Source: Sandaracinaceae bacterium (GTDB lineage: Bacteria; Myxococcota_A; Polyangia; Polyangiales; Sandaracinaceae). From it: a stretch of 18,627 bases of DNA. The position numbers and the translations under genes were made by a program. Positions within the stretch are counted from its first letter, which is position 1. Each line of letters starts with the position of its first letter. The stretch spans positions 1-18,627 of the forward strand of contig JBGAQA010000117.1 of assembly GCA_044220955.1 (NCBI GenBank), written 5' to 3'. Under the pieces are notes generated by a model. That model made no database searches and was not told where the DNA came from. It saw only the letters and a list, made by a program, of their open reading frames with translations. Below are positions 10,046 to 17,052 of the stretch, in pieces.

Positions 10046-11332
10046 ATGAACGAGACCTCGGAGAGCTCACCCGCGCCCGCGCCCGTGTCGGACGCCGCCT
10101 CGCGGGCCGCGATGGACCTCGCCGCGCGGCGCGCGCGCGTGCGGCGCTGGGGGCGGCGCGCCGTCGGGGCCCTGCTCCTCGCGGCGCTGGTCGCCGTGTT
10201 CGTCCTGGCGCTGCGGCCCCAGCCGATCGCGGTCGACGTGGCGGTGCTCGATCGGGGGCCCATCGAGGTCACCATCGACGAGCCCGGCCGCACGCGCGTG
10301 ATCGATCGCTACGTGGTGAGCGCCCCGCTGGCCGGTAACCTCGCGCGGCTCGAGATCCACGACTCGGACCCGGTCGCCGAGGCGGCGGTGGTCGCGCGGA
10401 TCGTGCCTCTCGCGCCGCCCTTGCTGGACGCGCGGTCCCGCTCGGAGGCACAGGCGCGCGTGGACGAGGCCCGCGCCCGACGCGACCAGGCGCGGTTCTC
10501 CCTCGCGCATGCGCGCGAGCTCCACGAGTTCGCCGAGCGCGAGGCGGCACGACAGCGTGAGCTCGGAGCGGGGGGCGTCGTGACGTCGCGCGAGGTCGAG
10601 CGGGCGGACATGGACGAGCGCACGCGGGCGAGCGAGGTCACCTCCCTCGAGTTCGGCCTCCGCGTCGCCGAGCACGAGGTGCAGCTCGCGCAGGCCTCGC
10701 TCGGGCGCCTCGGCGCCCACGCGGCGCCCTCGTCCGACGCGGTCGAGGTGACCTCGCCGGTGGCCGGCGTCGTGCTGCGGATCGTGCGGGAGAGCGCGGG
10801 CGTCGTGCAGGCCGGGGAGCCCATCCTCGAGGTCGGCGACGACGCGGCGCTCGAGATCGTGACCGACGTGCTGACGAGCGACGCCGTCCGCATCGGGCTC
10901 GGCGCCCAGGTGCGCATCGACGGGTGGGGTGGGGCACCCCTCGAGGGGCGGGTCCGTCTCGTCGAGCACTCGGCCTCGACGCGCGTCTCGGCGCTCGGGG
11001 TCGAGGAGCAGCGGGCCGACGTCGTCATCGCGCTCGACTCGGAGCGCGCGCTCTGGCGGTCCCTGGGCGACGGATACCGCGTCGAGACGCACATCGTGGT
11101 CGAGCGGCGGGACGACGTGCTCCGCGTGCCTGCGAGCGCGGTGTTCCGCAGCGGGGCGGGCTGGGCGAGCTACGTCGTGCAGGGGGGGGTCGTGCACCTG
11201 CGCGCGGTGGAGCTCGGGCTGCGCTCGCGCGACGACGTCGAGGTCGTCGGAGGCCTCGCGGAGGGCGAGCGCGTCGTCGTCTATCCTGGCGAGCGCGTCG
11301 TGGAGGGCGTCGAAGTGACCATGCGTCCCTGA
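10046..11332 (+). CDS. Periplasmic adaptor / membrane fusion protein (HlyD/MacA-like)
   Basis: N-terminal TM anchor, lipoyl half-motifs (VVSAPLAG, VTSPVAGVV), alpha-hairpin, beta-barrel and C-terminal VPASAV...GLAEGERVV. Confidence 0.92.
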   Translation: MNETSESSPAPAPVSDAASRAAMDLAARRARVRRWGRRAVGALLLAALVAVFVLALRPQPIAVDVAVLDRGPIEVTIDEPGRTRVIDRYVVSAPLAGNLARLEIHDSDPVAEAAVVARIVPLAPPLLDARSRSEAQARVDEARARRDQARFSLAHARELHEFAEREAARQRELGAGGVVTSREVERADMDERTRASEVTSLEFGLRVAEHEVQLAQASLGRLGAHAAPSSDAVEVTSPVAGVVLRIVRESAGVVQAGEPILEVGDDAALEIVTDVLTSDAVRIGLGAQVRIDGWGGAPLEGRVRLVEHSASTRVSALGVEEQRADVVIALDSERALWRSLGDGYRVETHIVVERRDDVLRVPASAVFRSGAGWASYVVQGGVVHLRAVELGLRSRDDVEVVGGLAEGERVVVYPGERVVEGVEVTMRP

Positions 11333-11339
11333 CGTCTCG

Positions 11340-11348
11340 TGACAAGCT
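11340..11348 (+). promoter_or_regulatory. Candidate extended -10 element (TGn-CAAGCT) for a leaderless transcript starting at GTG 11356
   Basis: TGA-CAAGCT-GCCGGTC-GTG in the 23-nt gap after the MFP stop; hexamer 7 nt before the start codon, no SD. Confidence 0.3.
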
Positions 11349-11355
11349 GCCGGTC

Positions 11356-12252
11356 GTGCCTCGGGCGTCGAAGAACGTGAGCGCCGGACGTGCCGTCTCG
11401 ACGGTCAACGTCACCGGCAGCGTCGTCCTCGCGGCGGCGCTGCTCGTGGTCTTCGTGGTGTTCGAGAGCGAGCTCGCGCTCGCGCAGGCGGCCGACAGCG
11501 TCTCGGACGTGCTCACGGGCCTCTTGCTCGCGTGGGCCGCGCGCGCGGCGACGGCTCCAGCCGACGACGAACATCCGCTCGGGCACGCGCGCGCCGAGCC
11601 GATCGCCGCGCTCGTCGTCGCCGTCCTCGCGGGTGTGCTCGCGAGCGAGGTGGCACGCTCGGCCGTCCTCGCGATCGTCCACGGCGAGCACGCGCAGTTC
11701 GACTGGCCGGTAGCCGCGGTGTTCGCGGCGAAGGTGGCGTTCAAGCTCGGGGTCGCCCGCGCGGCGGGGGCGTTGCTCGCCCGGCAGGCCTCGCCGGTGC
11801 TCGACGCCCTGAGGGTCGACGCGCGCAACGACGCGGTCGTCGGCTCCGTCGCGCTGATCGGATTCGGCCTCGCGCGTGCGGGGATGCCGACGGTCGACCC
11901 CGTGCTCGCCGTCGCGGTCGCGATCTACGTCGGCGCCTCGTCCATCCGCCTCGCGACGACGAGCGTGGACATGCTCCTCGGCACGAGCGCACCGCCGGGT
12001 CGGCGGGCCGAGCTCGCCGCGCTCGTGTCCCGCACCCAGAGGGTGGTGGGGGTCGCCAAGCTCGTCGCCGTCGTGCACGGCGCCTCCCTCCACGTCGAGG
12101 TCGAGATCTGCGTGCAACCGGCGCTCACGATCGGCGCGGCGCACGAGGTCGCGCACGAGGTCGAGGCTCGGCTCCGCGAGGAGCCGGACGTGGCGCACGT
12201 CGTCGTCCACGTCGCGCCCTCGGAGACCGGGCCGGCGCGGGACGGGGGATGA
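11356..12252 (+). CDS. Cation diffusion facilitator (CDF) transporter, FieF/MntE-like
   Basis: TM2 AADSVSD, loop DDEHPLGHARAE, TM5 DARND, C-terminal dimerisation domain (LHVEVEI...AHEVAHEVE...VVVHVAP). Start GTG 11356 or GTG 11377. Confidence 0.92.
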   Translation: MPRASKNVSAGRAVSTVNVTGSVVLAAALLVVFVVFESELALAQAADSVSDVLTGLLLAWAARAATAPADDEHPLGHARAEPIAALVVAVLAGVLASEVARSAVLAIVHGEHAQFDWPVAAVFAAKVAFKLGVARAAGALLARQASPVLDALRVDARNDAVVGSVALIGFGLARAGMPTVDPVLAVAVAIYVGASSIRLATTSVDMLLGTSAPPGRRAELAALVSRTQRVVGVAKLVAVVHGASLHVEVEICVQPALTIGAAHEVAHEVEARLREEPDVAHVVVHVAPSETGPARDGG

Positions 12253-14672
12253 TCGAAGAGGGGCTCACCCGGGCCGAGGCGGCCGCGCGGCTCGCGCGGC
12301 AGGGGCCCAACGAGATCGAGCGCCCGCGGCCCGCGAGCGCGCTGCGGATGTTCCTCGAGCAGTTCCGCGGCGCCATGATCGGACTGCTCCTGGCGGCGGC
12401 CGTGCTCTCGGCCGTGCTCGGGGAGCCCGCCGACGCGATCGCGATCGGCGTGATCGTCGTCCTGAACGCGCTCGTCGGGTTCGCGCAGGAGCACCGGGCC
12501 GCTCGTGCGATGGAGGCGCTCCGAGCGATGACGGCGCCACGCGCGCGCGTGCTGCGCGATCGCCAGGTGGTCCTGGTGGCGACACGCGAGGTCGTGAAGG
12601 ACGACGTGCTCGTCCTCGACGCGGGGGACATCGTTCCGGCCGACGCGCGCCTGCTCGAGGCCCACGAGCTCTCGACGAACGAGGCAGCGCTCACCGGTGA
12701 GTCGGTACCCGTCGACAAGGGCACGGACGGGGCGCCCGAGGACGCGCCGCTCGCGGAGCGGAGCGACCACGTCTTCCAGGGGACGACGGTCGCGACGGGG
12801 TCGGCGCGCGCGCGCGTGATCGCGACCGGCATGGAGACGGAGCTCGGGCGCATCGCCAGGCTCGTCGCCGGCGTCCCGGTCGAGCCGACGCCGCTCGAGA
12901 AGCAGCTCGACGGGGTGGGTCACGCGCTGCTTCGGGCGTGCGGGCTCGTCGTGCTGGCGGTCGCCGCGCTCGCGGTGCTCCACGGGGAGCCCTGGCTCGA
13001 GGTCGTCGTCTCCTCGGTGTCGCTCGCGGTCGCGGCGGTCCCCGAGGGGCTGGCGGCGGTGGTGACGGTCGCGCTGGCGATCGGCGTCCAGCGCATGGCC
13101 GAGCGGCGTGTGCTGGTGCGCAAGCTGCCTGCCGTGGAGACGCTCGGCAGCGCCACGGTCATCTGCACCGACAAGACGGGCACCCTCACCACGGGGCGGA
13201 TGCGGGTGCGGGAGGTCTGGGGCCCCGATCCCCGCGCGGTGCTCGACGCCGCCGCCGCGTGCTCGGACGCGGAGCTCGACGCGCGCGCGCAGGACGGGAC
13301 GGGCGATCCGACCGAGGTGGCGATCCTGCTCGCGGCAGCCGAGCGCGGCATTCACCGCAGGGACATCGAGGCGGCACGCCCTCGATCCAAGGTGCATCCG
13401 TTTCGGCCGGAAGCACGCCTGATGAGCGTCGCGCGCACCGACGGGGCGCTCTACGCCAAGGGCGCGCTCGACGCGCTCGCGCGGCTGCGTGTGCGCGGGG
13501 TCGAGGTCGAGTCGGCCGAGCGCGCCAACGCCGACATGGCGGCGCGGGGGCTAAGGGTGCTGGCGGTCGCGCGGGGCGCGGGCGACGAGGAGCGGGATCT
13601 CGAGCTGCTCGGGCTGGTCGGGATCGCCGACCCGCCGCGTCCCGAGGCGGTCCGCGCGATCGCCGACGCGCGCCGCGCCGGGATCCGCGTCGTGATGATC
13701 ACGGGCGACCATCGCATCACGGCCCTGGCGATCGCGAAGGAGATGGGGATCCTGCTCCCGGGCGAGGAGCCGGCGGGCCGCGTGTATGCGCGCGCGACCC
13801 CCGACGACAAGCTCCGCGTCGTCGCGGAGCTGAAGGCGAAGGCGGAGATCGTGGCGATGACCGGCGACGGCGTGAACGACGCGCCCGCCCTGCGCGAGGC
13901 GCACATCGGGATCGCGATGGGCAAGGGCGGCACCGACGTCGCGCGCGAGGCCTCGGCCATGGTCCTCACGGACGACGACTTCGCGAGCATCGTGAGCGCG
14001 GTGCGCGAGGGGCGGGGTGTGTTCGACAACGTCGAGAAGACGCTCGTCTACCTCCTGTCGGGCAACGTCGCGGAGCTGGCGTACTTCCTCGGGGCCTCGC
14101 TCCTCGGCCTGCCGCTGCCGCTGACCGCTCTGCAGATCCTCTGGGTGAACCTGGTCACCGACGGGCTCCCTGCGCTGGCGCTCGTCGCGGACCCGCCCGA
14201 TCCGGACGCGATGCTCCGCCCGCCGAGGCCGGCGGGCGCTCCGATGCTCGCGCGGGGGCAGTGGGTCGGCATCGCGACGGTCGCGGCGATCGAGGCCGGC
14301 GTCGTCCTGGGGACGTACGCGTGGGCGCTACAGGCCGGCGGCGTCGACCACGCCCGCGAGCTGGCGTTCTCCGTTCTGGCGTTCTCGGAGGTGCTGCGTG
14401 CGCTCTGCGCCCGGAGCCCGCGGCGCGTGTTCTTCGAGACGGGCGTCGCCTCGAACGTCGCGCTCGTCGCCGTCGTCGCGCTCACCATCCTCGTGCAGCT
14501 CGCGCTCCACGCCGTCCCGCTGGCGCGCTCGCTGCTCGCGCTCGGCCCCTTCTCGCTCGCGGACTCCGCCCTCGCGCTCGCGCTCGGGCTCGTCCCGACC
14601 AGCGTGCTCGAGGTGGGCAAGCTCGCCCGCCGGGCGCTTCGCAGGCGCGCCGCGCCTGCCGTGCGAAGCTAG
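12249..14672 (+). CDS. P-type cation-translocating ATPase, P2A (Ca2+/Mn2+) subfamily, 807 aa
   Basis: ATG 12249 overlaps the CDF stop (ATGA). Motifs GLTRAEA..RL...[71 protein letters not shown]. Confidence 0.95.
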   Translation: MIEEGLTRAEAAARLARQGPNEIERPRPASALRMFLEQFRGAMIGLLLAAAVLSAVLGEPADAIAIGVIVVLNALVGFAQEHRAARAMEALRAMTAPRARVLRDRQVVLVATREVVKDDVLVLDAGDIVPADARLLEAHELSTNEAALTGESVPVDKGTDGAPEDAPLAERSDHVFQGTTVATGSARARVIATGMETELGRIARLVAGVPVEPTPLEKQLDGVGHALLRACGLVVLAVAALAVLHGEPWLEVVVSSVSLAVAAVPEGLAAVVTVALAIGVQRMAERRVLVRKLPAVETLGSATVICTDKTGTLTTGRMRVREVWGPDPRAVLDAAAACSDAELDARAQDGTGDPTEVAILLAAAERGIHRRDIEAARPRSKVHPFRPEARLMSVARTDGALYAKGALDALARLRVRGVEVESAERANADMAARGLRVLAVARGAGDEERDLELLGLVGIADPPRPEAVRAIADARRAGIRVVMITGDHRITALAIAKEMGILLPGEEPAGRVYARATPDDKLRVVAELKAKAEIVAMTGDGVNDAPALREAHIGIAMGKGGTDVAREASAMVLTDDDFASIVSAVREGRGVFDNVEKTLVYLLSGNVAELAYFLGASLLGLPLPLTALQILWVNLVTDGLPALALVADPPDPDAMLRPPRPAGAPMLARGQWVGIATVAAIEAGVVLGTYAWALQAGGVDHARELAFSVLAFSEVLRALCARSPRRVFFETGVASNVALVAVVALTILVQLALHAVPLARSLLALGPFSLADSALALALGLVPTSVLEVGKLARRALRRRAAPAVRS

Positions 14673-14683
14673 CCGCTTCGGGC

Positions 14684-16098
14684 ATGCCCGCGATCGACCT
14701 CACGACCCTCGCCTCGCTCCTCGTCACGGCCGCCGAGGTGCTGGCCATCGCGTTCATCCCGAGCCCGCGTCGACCTTCGCCTGGATCTTCGTGCTGCTGG
14801 CGTTCCCCGCGCTCGGCGTCGTGCTGTTCTGGTACCTCGGGCGGGACCGCGTGCGGCGCCCCCTGCGCATGCGCAAGGCGGTGAACGAGCCGCTCCGCAC
14901 GCGGCTGCTCGATCGCATCTCGGGCCGCACCTCGGACGCCGAGCGCCGCGCGCTGATCGACGCGGCGCCGAGCGAGCTGCGCGGCGTGATGCGCCTCGCT
15001 TCGAGCCTCGGGCGCGCCGACGTTCGCACGGGCAACCGCGTCGAGGTGCTGGTCGGGGCGCCCAAGACCTACGACGCGCTCGTCGCGGCGATCGAAGCGG
15101 CGACCGACCACGTGCACCTGCAGTACTACGTCTTTCGCGCGGACGACGCGGGCTCGCGCATCGTCCATGCCCTCGAGGCCGCGCGCGACCGGGGCGTCGA
15201 GGTGCGGCTGCTCTACGACGCGTTCGGCTCGGCCGGGCTCGGCCCGCGCCTGCGCGCGCTGCGCAAGAAGGGCGGTCTGTCGGCGGCGTTCTTCCCGCTC
15301 GATCCCGTGCGGAAGGCCGCGACGATCAACCTGCGCAACCACCGCAAGCTCACCATCGTCGACGGCAGGGTCGGCTTCTGCGGCGGCGTGAACGTGAGCG
15401 ACCGCTTCGTGCCCTGGCGCGACGTGCACCTTCGCGTCGAGGGGCCGGCGGTCGCGCAGCTGGCCGCCACGTTCGCCGAGGACTGGTTCTTCGCGACGCG
15501 CGAGGATCTCGTCGCCGACCGCTACGTCCCGGTGGCCCCGCCGGCCGGGCCGACGACGATGCAGATCGTCGAGAGCGGCCCCGACCAGACGATCGAGCGG
15601 ATCCACCGGATGTACTTCGCGGCCATCGCCGCAGCGCAGACCCGGGTCTGGGTCACGACGCCCTACTTCGTGCCCGATCGGGCGATCCTGATGGCGCTGA
15701 CCACGGCAGCCGCCCGCGGGGTCGACGTGCGCATCCTGACGAACGCGCACTCCAACTGGGGCATCACGCAGCACGCAGGGCGCAGCTTCTACGAGGAGCT
15801 GCTCGGGGCAGGCGTGCGCGTGCTCGAGTACGAGGGCGGGATGCTGCACACCAAGACCCTCGTCGTGGACGGGCAGTTCGCCACGGTCGGGAGCGCCAAC
15901 GTCGACGTGCGCAGCTTCCGCCTCAACTTCGAGCTGATCGCGATGCTCTACGATCAGGCGATCGTCCGTGAGATCGAGGCGCTCTTCGCGGAGGACGCGG
16001 CGCGCGCCCACGAGATCACGGCGAGCGAGTGGGAGAGGCGCAGCGTCGGCGCGCGCCTGCTGGAGGGCGTGGGGAAGCTGATGTCGCCTCTCTTGTGA
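14684..16098 (+). pseudogene. cls: Cardiolipin synthase (ClsA-type, PLD superfamily) with an apparent frameshifting deletion near 14760; may be a real lesion or a sequence error
   Basis: Two HKD motifs (NHRKLTIVDG 15340-15363; LHTKTLVVDG 15847-15870, then GSANVDVRSFRLNFE). TM1 (MPAIDLTTLASLLVTAAEVLAIAFIP, from ATG 14684) is in a different frame from EPASTFAWIFVLLAFP... (from 14761). Confidence 0.85.
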
Positions 16099-16176
16099 GG
16101 GCGAGAGCGAGAGCGAGAGGCGAGAGCGAGGGGCGAGGGCGAGGGCGAGAGCGAGAGCGAGGTCGAGGTCCAGAGC
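16097..16176. repeat. Imperfect purine-rich hexamer tandem repeat (GAGRGC/GAGGTC) x13 between convergent genes
   Basis: Units read directly: gagggc gagagc gagagc gagaggc gagagc gaggggc gagggc gagggc gagagc gagagc gaggtc gaggtc cagagc (80 bp). Confidence 0.9.
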
Positions 16177-16186
16177 CCGTCTCGGC

Positions 16187-16945
16187 TCAGACGTCGCCCG
16201 CCGTCGGGTCGTCGACGATCCCCAGGTGCGTCTCGATCGTCTGCTCGATGAAGCGGGCCTCGTCGACGTTCGAGAGCGAGCGCAGGATGTCGAGCGCCGT
16301 CCCGTTCATGTCGGCGGCGACCGCGTAGGTGGAGCGCTCGCCGCCGCCCTTCGTTCGATACGACTTCCGGCGCACGAAGAGCTGGCGCAGGCGGCTCGCG
16401 TCGAGGTCGAGGTTGCCCGGCCAGGGCAGCGGCCCGTGCGCGACCTTCAGGCGGCCCTCGGCCACCGTGATCGTCGTGCGGTTCAAGAAGCCGGTGATCG
16501 CGATGTAGGTGATGTACACGCCGGCCGCGACGTGCAGCAGGGGGAAGAGGAGCGCGACCGGGTCGGCGTCGCCGCTGTCGAGCGCGGTCTGGTACCAGAA
16601 GACCAGGAAGCCGTCCCAGAACACCGCGAAGAAGAGCATGAAGAAGTGGGTCGGTCCGAGCCAGCGGCGCTTCATCACGAGCGGTCCCGGGTCTCTCCCG
16701 GCCGCGTCGGGCGGCGGCTCGCGGTACGTGCCGTCCTTGGCCGGGTCGGCCGGAACGCCCGCCCTCTCGACCGTGATCGAGGGCGGCTGCGGGACACGCG
16801 CGCGCTGGTGCGACGAGGGCGTGGGCGAGAGCGAGGGGTCGAGCGCGAACACCTCGTTGCACGCTGCGCACTTGGCGACCATGCGGCGGATGTTGATGTC
16901 GTCCGCGCGCACCGCGGCACCGCAACCAGGGCAGTTGACCTGCAT
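16187..16945 (-). CDS. Hypothetical membrane protein: N-terminal zinc ribbon, Pro-rich linker, two TM helices, C-terminal beta-rich (possibly PH-like) domain
   Basis: CPGC...CAAC at the N-terminus; TMs FFMLFFAVFWDGFLVFWY and ALLFPLLHVAAGVYITYIAITGFL; then RTTITVAEGRLKVAHGPLPW. Confidence 0.82.
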   Translation of the reverse strand: MQVNCPGCGAAVRADDINIRRMVAKCAACNEVFALDPSLSPTPSSHQRARVPQPPSITVERAGVPADPAKDGTYREPPPDAAGRDPGPLVMKRRWLGPTHFFMLFFAVFWDGFLVFWYQTALDSGDADPVALLFPLLHVAAGVYITYIAITGFLNRTTITVAEGRLKVAHGPLPWPGNLDLDASRLRQLFVRRKSYRTKGGGERSTYAVAADMNGTALDILRSLSNVDEARFIEQTIETHLGIVDDPTAGDV

Positions 16946-16952
16946 GGGCGCG

Positions 16953-16958
16953 AGCCTA
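16953..16958 (-). promoter_or_regulatory. Candidate -10 element (TAGGCT) for a leaderless transcript starting at ATG 16945
   Basis: Minus strand GT-TAGGCT-CGCGCCC-ATG: TAnnnT 7 nt before the ATG, no SD. Confidence 0.5.
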
Positions 16959-17042
16959 ACGCATCGGTCGGTCCCGGCGTCGGGTTGATTGGTTTTGGCG
17001 CTCGGCGCGCACTAGGAGCGCACGGGTCCGCGAGGAGCCGCC

Positions 17043-17048
17043 GGAGGA
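17043..17048 (+). promoter_or_regulatory. Shine-Dalgarno (GGAGGA) of the 17053 gene
   Basis: CC-GGAGGA-ATCC-ATG. Confidence 0.6.
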
Positions 17049-17052
17049 ATCC

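Noticed and set aside
11182..11189. G8 homopolymer in the MFP gene as a phase-variation tract
   Set aside because: In frame, encodes a normal Gly-Gly turn near the 3' end, and is unsurprising at this GC content.
11333..11355. yybP-ykoY Mn2+ riboswitch ahead of the CDF/P-type ATPase
   Set aside because: Only 23 nt of intergenic space and no recognisable aptamer.
11532..12248. Apparent 1046-aa P-type ATPase with a long N-terminal extension; similar extensions at 4757 (TPR), 10924 (CDF) and 14398 (cls)
   Set aside because: The extensions are Arg-rich off-frame readings of upstream genes; better starts are ATG 12249, ATG 5837, GTG 11356 and ATG 14684.
14750..14770. Programmed -1 ribosomal frameshift in cls
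   Set aside because: No X XXY YYZ slippery heptamer, and conserved residues appear missing at the junction, which favours a deletion.
16097..16176. CRISPR array or coding repeat (16029-16328 ORF)
   Set aside because: Contiguous 6-7 nt units without spacers, no cas genes, and frame-breaking 7-nt units.
16985..17011. FNR/CRP half-site (TTGAT) or sigma54 promoter (TGGC...GC with GG-N10-GC spacing) upstream of 17053
   Set aside because: No matching ATCAA half-site, and the sigma54 candidate lacks the TT before GC. The AT-rich patch is probably promoter DNA but cannot be assigned.
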